This document shows positions 24,500 through 38,616 of a stretch of 63,744 nt of DNA, piece after piece; within the stretch, counting starts at the first letter, position 1, and every line of letters starts with the position of its first letter. Under the pieces are notes generated by a model. It did not search any database. It was not told the origin of the DNA and worked only from the letters and a program-made list of their open reading frames with translations. Source of the DNA: Fimbriosthenelais zetlandica. Its lineage: Eukaryota. Location of the stretch: NCBI GenBank assembly GCA_977030845.1, contig OZ365109.1, forward strand, positions 36,456,257 to 36,520,000, written 5' to 3'. The translations under genes were made by a program, and so were the position numbers.

Positions 24500-27400
24500 A
24501 TCGCTATAATGAATTGACACCTGCCTTTCCGTGCTAGGTATTTGTGTGGGGTCTTTGAATAACAAAATTCTAACCTCACTTGGCCTTTACACCATTTTTC
24601 CCCTGAGAAAGTTCCAGTGATCGCCTGTTCTTGGCTCCATTCCAAAGTGTCAGCAGGATTGACTCCCATTTTCCTACATTTAAATCTAGGAGACATCCTG
24701 GGAACATTTCTGAGATATAGGCACATAGGTCCGTACAACTGCATGGGTCCAATACCAATCTAATACAAGTTTAAACTTGAGTTACCAAATTCTCCAGTAT
24801 AGTACTTGGAAAATTAAAATGTCGGCAGTGCTTCGTGTAAAGTATTAAAGTAACAATATCAATGGTGATGGATATAATCATATAAACTGTGGGGTTTCCA
24901 TATGTTCTTTTTATGCCCTGCTTGCTTTTTACCATATGCGTTGTTTCACTGCATTACACGCAATTTCCCTTGTTTAGAAATGACAGGTACAGCGATTCCG
25001 CCTACTCAGTGGATGCCATTATACTGACATATTTATGTTACAACATTGTTTCTCCGCGCGCTTGCCTAGAAATCAAAACGTTTTTGGTTCTCGTATAAAT
25101 CTCTTTCTTCTTCTCTGGTCGAGCTCATTCCCCCAAAGGATCTTGTATAAATTATAGATAAACAACTGTATTTTGAAGAGGACCTGCCTTCATATCCAGT
25201 GTCTACAGAAGCCACTTATAAAATAGTGAATGGAGTTTGAATGTGAAATCAATTGGGAACAGTTGCTAGTCAAACAAAAAGTCTGGCCAAGGTAAAATAA
25301 AGCATAAAAGAAAGGGTCCTTGTTGACTGTCCCATGACAGTGAATGTTCTATCTGACGGGGCCAAGTTAAAAAGATAAAGGCAGAGAGAATATGCAAACA
25401 TGGTGACATGGTTGCGAGCCAGAGCTCATTTCGTTTATCAAGGTGGGTCCATACAGGCCAATTGTTTTAGCCTTAGAGGCTGTTTGTTCTGAGGAGTCGG
25501 TGGATATGATGGTGTTTGGCGTACTTTTCTGTCATTCATCCGGTATAACTCATATCCCTGCACAATCGGAGCTGGACAAATTGGATCTTCCTCATATTTA
25601 TGAACATTGATTTCGCCTGCCAATCGCATGTTATATTCCTACTGATCGAGCATCTTGGAGGTTAACCGAACCGTGAAAATTGGAAGCTCTCTGCCTCTTA
25701 AAATGAGAACCTGCATGGTATCTTTTGGATATTGGAATGGAGAACTGGGTTACACTGACTCGAACACATGGAGCCTTGCAAATGAGGATTGTATAGATCC
25801 AACAACATATACAACACTCGGCCATTTCAATGCTATTGACAGTAGCAGCTGTTCTCCTTGTTTAGGCTTCGCGTCTACTCTAGATCCTATTATATGTGCT
25901 TGGTGTAAATGCTCTGTACATCGACCTATGCCTGCAGTATTGTACAAATAGACAATAATCAGTTCTGTATACAGTTGGACTCCACTGCTGCGATTTTATT
26001 GCGACGCTACTGCGACAAAGGTGATGCTTGTGAAGTTGTGTAAGAATAAAATTTATAAATTGTGGGTCAAGTGTCTAAGGCCTTAAGGCCGTCCTCCAAT
26101 GGTAAATTTATCATTGAACTAACACAAGCGTCACCTTTGTCGCAGATGTGTCGCAAACAAAATCGCAGCAGTGTAGTCCCGGCTTTAGAAACAGCTAGAC
26201 CCTTGAAATTTCAAACCAGCAATGGCCTTAGTCTGTGATGCCTGAACCTAAAACAAGTTCTGTGGGGAGATTTTAAAGTCTAAATCGTGCTTTAAATGCT
26301 GAATTTCCATTGCAAGCTAACTCATGTCCCCAGCCGCCTTATACTTTTGCAAAGGTCACCGCAAGGAATATGCTGAAGCTTAATCTGTGCTCCGACCACT
26401 GGAATTCTTTAATGGACTTCTTAGGTCCCCCTTGTGTGCTAGAGGTTCTGGAGCCTTATTTCGTGACAGCATTTGACAAACGGCTCATCTCCAAAGCAAT
26501 AAAATGGCAAAATATTGCAAAATATTGATCGGAGGTGGAGAGGGAGGTAAATCCTGCCTCCTTTAAACACAACGTGGAAGGGAAAGGAGAAAAGGGATTT
26601 GAAAAGAGCTCAGACATAAACCTGTTCACCAGTCCTCTCCTGGGAAGGAACCTTCTGATGGGTCGCATGACAAGAACCTTTCTTTGCCCTCTTATAACTA
26701 TAGGATTACTTCCCAATTATCAACAGCTCATCGTCGACATTGACTTGTCTCCCTTCTATTTGAATTCCAATACGGTCCTGGATTCTCACGCGATTTTCTT
26801 CCACGCCATTTTGCCTTAATCGAACCAGTCTTGATATTGCCCGCCCTAACGTGTCAATTTATGACATCATTAAGTATTTTACTTCTTGATTCACATGGCA
26901 ATTTTTTTTCACGGGCCACGTGATACTTCATGAATATTCATTTGATACTTCAGTTTGAAAAATCCACCATTTTACATGGTGAAAGAACATAAATTGTGTA
27001 GAAAGAGATAAAGACGGACCTCTTGCTTTTAGTGGGGAATGAAAAACCTGGTTGTACGCATTGGTGAAACTAAACACGATATAAAACATAATTACAACTG
27101 CGCAGGATTAAATCGATGATTATTCAGGCAGCAGCTTGGGAAGAACCTAGTCCCTGTCCCACTTGGGACATCTGATGCATCATGGAATGGGCCCATGTGG
27201 GCATTGCCTTACTAAAATTTGTATTCCGCTGGCATCCATCGCAGTTGGCGGGCATTTGTCAAAAATCCCTGACTCCGGGGGCTCAGGACCACCGTTTGGT
27301 ATCTGTGCAGGGAATAGATAAGGCATTCACGCCTTGGGGTCCTTAGACGCCATTCTCTCATAGTGCTTTTGCTACCGGTGCCCAGCCAGAGAGGCAATGT

Positions 27401-27800
27401 CAACACATAGTGACATGTCTACTGGCATCGCACTGTAGGAGGTCAGCATATACAGTCTGTATATGTAGAACTTTTACTCTTATATGGTATTTCCACAGTG
27501 ACCCTCATGGCTAGACATTTGCTGACCCGTTTACTAGCCACACAGAGTGGAAGGTCAGGGTGGCTTTCACCATACATACAATGAAATATGCCGGCTGTCT
27601 TACTAATTTCATCACGTCTGGATATTTTACTGGCCTTGTCTACAGTTTGCTTTTTGTCAAAATATGGCTTTTCCATGCACCTCTTTACAGTTGTGAAGAT
27701 AAGTTTTTAAAAAGAGACCCTTATGCACTGCACAAGTTGAGGCCTGTGATTGCTGTGCTTTGTCTTGTGTCTAATTGATAGGCTCAGACCTGGCGCCACC
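24500..27800 (-). mobile_element. Decayed DIRS-like remnant (RH/MT/YR) with a MITE D insertion
   Basis: Minus strand: FLTNARQLRW (RH start); GQRKVLVMRP (~26660-26692, MT C-part); SKMLDQ...EEDPICPAP (~25565-25660) and GQSTR (~25317-25331), YR-like. Weaker matches than in other copies. Confidence 0.45.
25973..26184. mobile_element. MITE family D
   Basis: ggactccactgctgcgatttt ... aaaatcgcagcagtgtagtcccggct|tta. Confidence 0.9.
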
Positions 27801-28799
27801 TTATTGTTTTTCCTCTTCTTTTGGTCTCTCCTGGGAAACCCCCCATCTCAGTTGATATATTGTGGATGTACTTTGTGTTTTCGGGGTGCACACATACAGA
27901 AATAGTCCCAAATTTCCTTTCTACTGTATCTGGGCCAAATTAAGCGTGTGCTCATTGTATTGGTTAACGTTGCAGCAATTTAGAAGGTGCTTTGCTTTGG
28001 GTTGACTTTGCTGACCTGAACAACTTGTTATTTGCCTGGGCTGAGAAATGTCTTGTGTAAACTACTCTGCCTTCATGTAATTACCCAGGAAGATGCTACT
28101 CTGGTTACTCCGGCGTAATCTAATGGCGTAATTCATCATTAGGTTCATTTGGTGCAAATAATGTTTCCCAAATATAGCCTCTTCAATTCTCCTTTCCTCC
28201 AGACACCAGCAGATGTGTACTTTCTTGGTTAAGTTCACATATATAACAGTAGAAAGAAAAGAAAAAAACCCACCTTGTCCAGTGGTGTCCACTATTTGCT
28301 TCAATTCATGTGATTCTCCGTACCAACAATTAAGGTAATCACCTGGAAGGTTGGACTTTGATGTATCCAGCAGATGGCACTATGATATTTATGGGTTGCC
28401 AATACCGAGTACTTTGTCAATGTAGATTTGGGATTACCGTGGGAGGAATCTGTAGCTTTGCACCATAGTGGCAAACACTGTTCTGACCTTCATCCATGCC
28501 ACGGGGGAGTTGTTTTTGCGACCTCGAGTACGCAGCTTTCATCTGCTTCCTTTGAATTGCTTCTTGCCCCGTCTTTTCCTCCAGTTATTTGCTGCCTTTA
28601 CGGGAGCATCGGCCGTGTAACACGGTTACTACTACCAGCAGGGACTCTAAGCTCTCAACCCTGGGGTCCCTTTCCTTTTCAATTATCTCCAGCCCAAACC
28701 TTTTCACTCACATCCAAATGGTACGAATTTACACTTTCTTCTATAAGTGGTTTTAAATTTTCATGAGTGGAGATGGGAAGGTGAAATAGAGATAGAGAC

Positions 28800-31700
28800 A
28801 AGTGATAGAAAGAAAGCAAAGATACATTAAGTGACAAGGACTGAGGATTTGGCTTGGTGAAGTCAATGGAGCATATCAGTGGAAAGTGCAGTGGATTGTT
28901 CAATGTCCAGTGAGGCGTCTATTTGAGGTTCAGGTCTGTCCATGTTGTGGCCAGCCACCCTGCGATCTTCTATAATACCTATTTATTGATTCGTGGGTCA
29001 GATTTGCATGGCTTCCTTATGGTTTCTGTGTACCCTGACCTCTCGGAATTATGGCGACATATTGAGTGTGAAATATTCTTATGGACTTACGCCTTCTCTG
29101 GAAGGATTTCAGATATAAATCTTGCTCATACAGTCTTCATTGCGCTTTTTTGTCAGATCCATGTCTTTCGATTTGTTCTCTATTTCTTATCGACTCTCTC
29201 ATTTCAAGCTATCTCAGAATTTATTGATATTATGGACATAAAATGTCTGGGACACTATGAGTTGGTAGACCACTATACTGGCCTGTCCAGTATCATCAAA
29301 GTCTGGACTTCCTCTTTAAAAAAAGATCATTTCCATGACATGGACTTTGCTTGTTTTCATGTCAAAGCGTCATGAAGTTATAAGAATCAATTACATTTAT
29401 ACGTAAGCCCTGGAACTCAAGCGTCCAACGGAAATACATAGTATGTCACATTTTTCTAAACCTGAGAAAATTCGGTTTAAATGTCTTAACTCCAAAGTGC
29501 TTATAGTGGACTTTCGTCAATTCTGAAGTCCTTTTCCAAAATTGAACCGCATATATAGCTTGGAAAGATCCTAGTAAGTAACATTTTCACCTTAACTCAT
29601 TTCTTTTCAAAATGTTTCTTACTAGGTATCTCCATTGGATACTCCAACTGTCATTAAGTTTCAATTCCCTCGGTTATGTACATAAAGTATCGGGTTTGAC
29701 CCTGAAAGGTATGGGTGAGGAGGATCCAGCACTAGATATGTGTGGAGTATATATATAGGGTTTGTCTATTGGCGCTGTCTGTCTGTATGTATTGGCATTT
29801 GTCAGTGAAGGATGTGATGGTGAGAAGTTATCACCCAACGCGCCAGTCTGCAACTACCGGAAGACATAGTGAAAAGCGGGAGTGCTTTTTGTTGTCATCA
29901 TCCATCAGCGGAAGTCACGTGATGTCTGTGATCTGACACGGCGTGATGAAGACACTCCTTGCCTCTGCTCCGATCTGTCTTATCTCGTGCATGAACACGT
30001 GTCCGTGAGAGACTGAAAATAACCATTTCCTAGATTGCTCTCATGTGATTATGACTAGGCAAAATGACCCTGGTCGCATCCTTGTTGAACAAAGCAAATA
30101 GAAGTGGGAATTGCACTCATAAAAGACCACATTACGTGAAGGCTATCTGCCTCTTTCATCATGCTACAGCCCAACTTTTCCTCTCTGAGTGAAAACCTGG
30201 AATTGGGGTGGAGACTACTTGCCTCTGCTCTTTGATCATCAAGTCGATCCTCCATTGTCACCAAAGCCCCTGCTTCTTGCGCTCGTCTCTCATTTCTAAG
30301 GCGAACCCATGGATAATGTATAATCATAAAGCTTAGAGGGAATGCATCTATAATGGTTGAGCTCAGGCCTCCTCAAGTTTCGGATCCCTAACATAAGCGC
30401 CCTTCTCCCCAAGGACATGTCTTTCTGTCGGAATTAGCCACCAGTGTCCCCTTGGCAGTTCTACTTCCGGTGGAACTCCAGCTGAACATTGGATTTCCAT
30501 TTCCTTTTATTCACTGTATGGCGCAGATCTCCGCATGCGGCCTTTACTCTTGCGCTTCACCATTCAGCATTCAATTGGCAATTTCAAAAATAATCCCCAT
30601 TAAGAATTGCAGATTATAACGCCTCTGAATCTAGTGACACAACTATTGCATTGCTGGCTATGAATGACGTAGTGCATAATCGCCATTTTACTTTACCTTC
30701 ATATCTGTTATAACCCAGATCTGACCAGAGCCTTCATGAAGGCCGTATAGGTGGCAGGGAAGGTCCATTCCCATCATGACCCGAGCAATCGACCCTCTAC
30801 CCATCCCCATCACTCAAATTCATAATTAAGTGTCATGCTCCGACCAGCGGCAGAAATCTTGCCCATTGATTATTGGCAATGATCATCCGCGCCTCTGAGT
30901 GGTATCACGTTATTACAATCAGGACTTCATTAAAACCTGCTTCCCTCTTAAACACCCTCACCTGACAGCTCTTGGATGATTAAACGATCTGGATTGCCAG
31001 TAGGCAATGGAAAAAATAACCTTCCAACACCATGATAACAAGGGATGGATTTCTTGCCTGTTTCAGCGCTTGTCTTGTGTGTTTGGTACGTGTTGGAGGT
31101 GTTGTTGATGCCGGTGCGCCACCACTCTGCGCTGATGCTCTTACCTGGTTCTAATGGTACCAGGTCATACCATATACACTAATGGCAGCATGAAATCATC
31201 ATCCCTTGCGTTTATTGACTTGAGCAGAAAACTGTAAAATGTTCATGACACATCGTCTAGGCTTGAGGAGGAAATGTCCTCCTCTCATTATAGGGTTTAA
31301 GAGCGGGTATAAAGAAATATGTCATTTGTAAATCCCCCCTCCTTTGCCAGGAGTTGGCTTCGTGATAAATTGATGCTGAACATGCCAGTGTTGGGCGGAG
31401 GATTTGTGTCAGTCTCAAGTAGATATTTCGTCTCATCCGTCAGCGATAATAAACATGTCATCCTGGGGATAGACTCATAAGAGAATAACCATTATTGGGT
31501 CTTTTGCTTCCATGCTTGGTCCGCCCAACTCCTGCTGAAATATTTAGCGTTGCCCCTATTGCACTTCATTTGACAGCATCATCGGATGCACTAAACCCAT
31601 GATGTATTTGCTCGGGTTCAGGTTGTAATGTCTTTGTCATATATCTTGTCATCTTTCAGTCTGACTTTCTCCTGATGGATCTTAACAGTTAATATGACTA

Positions 31701-32500
31701 TCATCCTTGCCTGCCCTTTCCTCGTTTTTCACGAGGATACTTGTCAGTCAGGAAGACATTTCTTCATCTGGGTGCAGGCCATTAGGTCTAGTGATGCATC
31801 AATTTGTCAGGGCCAATTAAAATGCCTTTCACCTTCCTGGCATGATGGGGTCGGAGTCTTTTTCTCATTAGCTAACTTCCCTCCAATCACTCAGATCTTC
31901 TAGACTAGTTTCCTCTTCTATTCTGCAATGGGTGTATACTCTACTTTAGAAAGGGTCAGGCGAAGTCCATTTCCAGTTAGGATTAGTCCAGTCTGACAGG
32001 TGTCCAGAGTGAATAGAGAGGGATGTGTGGAGAGACTCTAGCTGAAGGAATCCATTGTCTGACCTGGATTCAACCGTCTATCCCTCAATGATAGATAGCG
32101 GAGGCCTTGTGCCTGTGCAATACAGATCAGGCAAAAACAGTCCCGTCTATTGCCAAAACAATTTAGATAAGGGACACTCGGAGAACAGTGCCAAAAGCAA
32201 GCGAAGCCAATCATCAGTGAAGGCAAATATTTCTGGAAGCTTGGGAGAAAATTAAGCTTGTCCTGTTGGATATTGCGATGCACACTGACCAAGTGATTCG
32301 CGTAGAGATACTCAGAGAACTTTGAATTGGCAGCTTGCGCACGAGTGGCATGACGTGTGGGAGGACCATTAAGGGCATCAAGTTGGCCTCCATGGCCCTC
32401 ACAGCTAGTTTGATCTGCTAATGTGCCATCGTTATACCATGCTCCCCTCAGATAACATCATAAGTTGTGAACCTATCATGTCCTACATAAATATTTGAAG
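28800..32500 (-). mobile_element. Decayed DIRS-order retrotransposon (gag?, RT, YR)
   Basis: Minus strand: FFPLPTGNPDRLIIQELS (~30963-31015, like VPKK.G..RLI.DLS); TFPATYTAFMK; YR KRTSEL (29518-29535), FKPNFL and PDILCP (29233-29250) in one frame. Confidence 0.65.
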
Positions 32501-33599
32501 CGGCTCTACCAAGTGACATGGCATGTCACCCGATTCCCCCTTATCACCGAACCTTGACATTTTACTGAAAAAAAACCTTCCAATCCTATATGACACAGAC
32601 ATCTGATGAGACAACATTTGGCTCTCCCACAGCTGTTTGTGTTCCCAATCTGTCCACTTTTTTTATGTCTTTATATCCGAGTTTGCGCAAGGAGGCTAAG
32701 GCATAGAAATTACTTATTTGAACGCGCCACTGACTCCTACCTGTTTTTCCGACGCGGCAGATGCGACCCTGATACGGTGAGCGAGCACCTTTGGTGGTCA
32801 CTGCCTACACACTAGACTTACGATATGGATGGCTTGTAGATAAGGACACTATATTCAGATAATAGCTCTCTCTTGACAATAATAAAGAATAGGATGGGCT
32901 TCATTCCAGGATTGCTTGATAACTCCCTAGTCTCTGGGTGGGATTCAAGTCATGGATAGGAAATCGGTGGTGGAATATTTCTCCTTTTTTTTTTATACAC
33001 TCCGCTCGCCATCGAACAGATGAAAGTCCAGCCTGATATGAAGTCCTATCCACTTCCACAGAAGGCAGGAGGAATATAGGAAAAGACCTTCGGGTTACTA
33101 ATGATGCATAGAACATCTGGAATAAGATAGTATGCAGACCTCTCTTATTATGGGCCCCCATGCATCCGCCAGTATATATTTATGTGGAATATTTCCCTCT
33201 TCCAATATTTGAATGAATTATTCATGAGGTAAGGGCCCGTGTCAAGCTGATTTTTCCGCGTCAAGATATCAAGGTAGCCAGACTACAGGGGGCGAACCCC
33301 CCCTTTTATTGGTCTTATCATTGGGCCCCAGGAGGTCCTCTTGGGTGATGCATCTCTATATAGAGAGCCACTGCCCCTAGCCTGTCTGCTATCCCTTAAT
33401 ATCTCAAAGGGGAATATATTCTGACACTCAATATAATGTATTCCTTAGACGATAGTATAGAAATCCCTCGACCATTTCCTTTATCGATGGAAAATAATGG
33501 ATCCAGAGACGCATACAATGAGGTTGTTATGGAGCACCTGGGAATTTGATCCGTTCCACTCGTAGCCTTAATGTATGCTACTCATTCAATTGTCAATAA

Positions 33600-35350
33600 G
33601 TGGGTTGTCACACATGTACTTCTTCAAGCAGTCATGCATAAAAAAGGCCATAGGCGAATATATTAAGAAGAAAGAAGAAGAATACTTTCCTTAATCTGTA
33701 GTAGTCGCACCAAGGTAATTTTCCAAGTGGTTTGCAAATGAGCTTTCTAGAAACATGACAAGGTAAACCCTATTAGTGTTTTAAAACAGGTTTGCATTTT
33801 TCGGGGTCAATGAAACACCAGACGATGGTAAAATCGGCTTACAGTGTTTCCCGCCTTTTAGAAATAAGTTCCCTATAGAACAACAGCATTCAGCTTTGAA
33901 CAGAGACAAATCCTGGAGTGCTGTGCTCAATAATCCCTGGAGAAATATGCGCTTCCTTATCTCCAATAGCCATGCCTTTGACGTGGGCTCTGAGGCGAGG
34001 TACAGAAAGGCCACTGTGTACTTTTGACAAAGCGAACATTGTCTTCAGAACCTCTCCTATCTCCTCAGCACGCCAAGCTCACCTCCTGGGTCAGAACCCA
34101 CTTATTGCTAGTTAAACCCGCTGGCCCCCGACAATCATCCATGTAAAGGGGACCATTGCACTTAGAATTAATAAATTGGTGCTCATTACTGAAACGCCTG
34201 TCATGAAAATTATCTCTTGATGCGCTCCACATTTTCTTTCATATTATGCATAGGGTTTCTATGTTTTTTCTCATATGTGATGTGTTTTCACTAAATGAGT
34301 CTAAAGTCGGACAGTGCCATTCGTCGCTACGGACCTGAAAGCTATTTGTTTCTCTTAGCATTTTCACATCAAATGTTTTGACTATTTTTATGAGTGAAAT
34401 TCAGTTCAACTTGTGCCTGTTATTCCCTTCAGGATTTCTTACAGTTCGACAAAAATTTTTTTGAAGTGGCCAATTTCTCTAGTTTGTGCTGTCACTACTT
34501 TTATTTTTTGAGATTTTGTTAAAAATATAAATATTTGTCACATCTCCTTGTGCTATACATCATTGGAACGCTCGTGATCTGCTCTATACGAATCTGTAAA
34601 AACTCAAAATCCATAGAGTGAAAAGTCGTCAGATACAGGCTTTTTTCGTACTTCTTACTGTCACTTCACCAATGAAGGTCTCAGAGACTATTATTACCAT
34701 TACAAATTTTACTCCTTAAAACTCCGTACAAGTGCCTCATGAATACTCGATAGTGCAGCCACACAGAAATGGTCTTTTTACGTGCAGCATACATTTACTT
34801 GATGGTGTTTACATTCAAATATCATTCCAATCTACTTATATTCCCCTTGAGTGGATCCCAAGCTCGCTGGGCTAATTCGCTTCTATTTGCCTTGCAAAAA
34901 AACAAACCTTTGGGAGGAAGGCCTGCTTTACAGATACCAGACATGAGAAATTTATTATTTGTCCCCAGATCTCACATACTCCAACTGGCCCAAGTATCTC
35001 ATTCAGTCCCATATTCTCGACTTGAAGAGGGCTTTTCCTTCTTTTGGAAAGCATCAGTAGAAGGAAACGAAAGTAGGGGGTTGGTGGAAAGATACTATCG
35101 TAGTGCCTGTCTGCGAGTGCACGAAAGGCTTTCCCTCCGTATATTGGGTGTAGCAGGAATCATGCTAGGAGGTGATGAATTTGGTGTCGCGTATTATGGC
35201 CAACTCTCATGAATTTCGTACCCAGAAGCGAAGGCTGGAAATACTCTTCACAAATGTGACAAGGGGCTGTCAGGAATTGGATTTGAGTGAAGGATACATT
35301 TCCAAGCTTGCGGCCCAGGTTGTGAAAATTACTCTGGATGCTGATTAGGA
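33600..35350 (-). mobile_element. Decayed DIRS-like remnant (RH, YR) interrupted by an AT-rich element
   Basis: Minus strand: STDAF (~35050-35065); IINFSCLVSVKQAFLP (~34912-34960, like HIN.LEL.AV..AL..F); NLFLKGGKHCKPI (~33832-33872); KAHLQT (~33733-33752, like AHSTR). Confidence 0.5.
34144..34780. mobile_element. Possible Kolobok-like non-autonomous element
   Basis: taaaggggaccatt ... aatggtcttttta partial inverted ends around an AT-rich interior; TIR is short and imperfect. Confidence 0.3.
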
Positions 35351-35501
35351 TTCATTCGCTCCTCGATTGTCATCCACCACTATATGGTTCCTATGTCATC
35401 TTACTGGGAGAGGTGAGGAGAGATGGAGAGGCGAAGTAAGAACTGATGAGATGAGATCATCCTCTTGGATTTATACCCAGAGGACTGGGTCTTGTCCCAA
35501 T

Positions 35502-35635
35502 CAGATTGGGCTCAATCCCATACAGATTGGGTTCAGTCCCATGCAGATTGGCTCCAGTCTGATCCAGATTGGTTCCAGTCTCATGCAGATTGGCTCCAGT
35601 CTGATCCAGATTGTGGGTCCAGTCCCATGCTGATT
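35502..35635. repeat. 21-bp tandem repeat, ~6 copies
   Basis: Unit cagattggctccagtctgatc and variants, head-to-tail. Confidence 0.93.
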
Positions 35636-36699
35636 CGACTCAAGTAAGCAGGACACCGAGTCTGTTTATTGCACATTCATGAGAAAGATCAGACAAAAGA
35701 GACTTTTAGAGGATCAGTGAATTAGATATCAGATCTTATATTGATATATACAATACTATTTTTATTGAAATGTGATGAAGGTAGATCACTTTAGATCTCT
35801 GTGTTCGTGATACACTCCTCTGAACAATTAGCCATTATACATTTATTTGATTCACGGCAGTGTAGAGTTATCTGTGTAAGGGATCACGAGCAGTCTCATC
35901 TAACCGTCCTCTTATCAGAAACCTTCCAAAGTAACATAATCCTAGAGAGGATCACAGTAAGGAATAGGTGGGATCAGTTAGAAGTACCTCTATACTTACT
36001 TTACAAAGAGGGAAGGGGAGCTTCTGCAGAGGACGGTACTGTATGTGATTCGACTGACAATTTATCAATTAACTTTCATATTCACTGTTCACACCAAGTT
36101 GACTAGTACTAAGTACAGTGGTCTTATGCATTTTTAGTCATCGAACAACAGATTAGTCCTATACGCTATAGCTTTGACTAACCTTATCCACACTTTTGAG
36201 TATCAAAATTCCATTCAATATTACACCAGACCACCCTAGATTGGGGGTTAGTTTAACATGAAAATTTTTTTTATCCACACTTTTGTCCTCAAATAATTTT
36301 ATTTGCATTTTTGTTTCAAATTTGATATTGCCATCTCTTTCAAATATCATTAGGCTTCTGCTCTCGCCTATCCATTATAGAGAATGACGGTCCATTCTTC
36401 ATGAGTACTACTAGCCCTAGTTCCAACTTAAATCGGGTTGAAAAAACGATTTTGAAACCAATTTTTATGGAAGAGATGATATAAATTCAAAGGTTCATGT
36501 TCTCCTCTCGCTCGCTTGGGTACTACTGCAGAGCTTCTAAAAAATGTTTTGAAAACATCACATTGCGCAGAAGTATTCCAATTTATCTTTACTTCTAAAT
36601 AGTGCAGGCCTTTTTCTCAGTAAATCCCATCCCAATATCTCAGTAATCGATCTCAATATCTCAAACATAATACATTTTCTTGCGAAGCATGTACCCATT

Positions 36700-37700
36700 C
36701 ACATGCTAATACCCGACCACCCTGGGGATAATAACTTCCACAATTATAAGCCCTGAGGTCAAATTATCTTTCCCAAATTTTTTTTTATAGAGCCATGTTT
36801 ATGTGGAGGGTAGGCTGAAGAGATTGACCTCCCGAGAGATCTGCATACATGTGGGCCGCGCTAGGGTAAATGTGGAATTAAGCTATAGATGGCTATTATA
36901 AAGCTTCCATCCCCAGAGCTGATGATTTAATTAGAGTGATGGTGGAATTAACTCTCTCCCGCCCGGGATTATACCTGGTTCCCTATCTGCTGATAAATTC
37001 CCATCACCTTATAACTTTTCTACTGGTCTCTAAGCCCGAGTCCTTCTAGCATTATCGTGGATCTGATAAAAGAGGCGCACGCAGGCTTGTGATTAGTGGT
37101 GGCAGATCTGGAGATAGAGAAGTAGGCTACCTATATTAAAAAGTTGTACTTGCTGTCATCTTTATTAATTAGTTCAGTTGTTGGTATGTGCAGGCCTTCA
37201 CATGCAAAGGTAAGATGGATTGATGATAGAAAGTATAGTGTATACGGATACCTTGTGAAGATCTTACATCTCCCAAAGAAGATTTATTATCACTGAGCTA
37301 TCCTATACTCCAATTTAGATCTCAAATTCTCAAAGCTGAGTCTACTCATCTCTGAGAATTTATACCTCCAAGAAATATTCAAATTTGCAACCATCCAACT
37401 GCTTTTAATCTAAGTGGAGTATTTACAAGCCATCCATGTTTTCCACTGTCCATGGATGACAACCTTTGCAGCCGTCAATGCTGTTACCAACATTATGGTC
37501 TCACAGGAACCTTGCTGCCACAAAATAACTCCCAAAACAACAATGCATACATCCGTTCAGGCATATCCCCTATCGGTGCCTTGGTTCGAAACGCAACCAT
37601 CATTTTGTTTGTGGACTGAATGAACAATGCCATGCCGACCTCTGGATTCTTCTGGCGTCTCCTGGCTTGGAGTGTTATAATGCGAATCCACTAGATGGCA
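36700..37700 (-). mobile_element. Decayed DIRS1-like RH/MT junction
   Basis: Minus strand: LWGWKLYNSHL (~36887-36918), HIYPSAAHMYADLS (~36833-36873, like HIPG..N..AD.LSR), EVNLFS (~36815-36832, like VDLFAS). Confidence 0.6.
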
Positions 37701-38323
37701 TGGTGTTGCTAGAAGCTGACCCGAGCCGAACATCATTGTATTGGTTTAGATAATATCCACTAGGTGCCAGAGGGGAGGCAGGAGAGATGTGGTACTAAGA
37801 TGTCTGCTTGAAGCTCTCTCTATTAGACACTAGAGGGAGATAGAGTGTTTCTTACATCTCGCTGGATAAACTAAATGCCAGATCAAGGTTTGCCAGCGCC
37901 ATGCAGCTTAGTAATGGTTGATTATTTAAATAACCTCTGGCATTCTCTGCTAAATAAGTTTTACGTTGAAGTCATGTTATGTTCATAAGTTTATATATAT
38001 ATACCCATATATGAGGCAATAGGTTTATCTTCAAAGATTGTTCGAGATTTCAACTAAGTTATACATTGAAATAATGCGTGAGTAAGTTTCTATGTCAACA
38101 TGAGGGAATAATGTTGATATTTAAATTAAGAAGATTTACAAATAATATGGATTGTTTGCTTTTTGTGGATATCTAAAATTAAAGTGCCTGTTCACAAGTT
38201 ATTTGAGTATCAAAATGCAGTTCTGGAAATGTCTAGGAGGTATATTATGTTTGTTTTTTTCTATTTAATTGTCTTTATAATTGAAATATGATTCATTTCG
38301 TTGGTTGATTCTTTATTTTCCAG

Positions 38324-38338
38324 ACCCTTCTGCGTCAG
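38324..38338 (+). CDS. Candidate 15-nt micro-exon (DPSAS)
   Basis: Strong acceptor ttctttattttccag|, donor CAG|gtcagt, phase 1-1, keeps frame with neighbouring exons. Confidence 0.5.
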
Positions 38339-38538
38339 GTCAGTGACAAGGATTGCATGGATTGCTCTGCATTCCACATTCAGCATGTCTCTCTACAGCC
38401 TCTTCATACTCATAATTGAATGATCAATTGATTACTAACCGTTTTATGTGTATGTGCCAATGTTTGTAGTACCTATGTTTGACATTATAACATACCTGTA
38501 GGCTAATCGCTCGATTCTTGTGTGTGTGCTCCTTACAG

Positions 38539-38616
38539 TTTATCATATGGACAAAGATGACGAATCACTCCTGAAAGGACAATACACTCGAACTGAAGGT
38601 GGCAAACCAAGTAAAG
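38539..38616 (+). CDS. Internal coding exon (VYHMDKDDESLLKGQYTRTEGGKPSK)
   Basis: Acceptor tgctccttacag|, donor AAG|gtaaga, 78 nt, phase 1-1, open. Confidence 0.8.
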
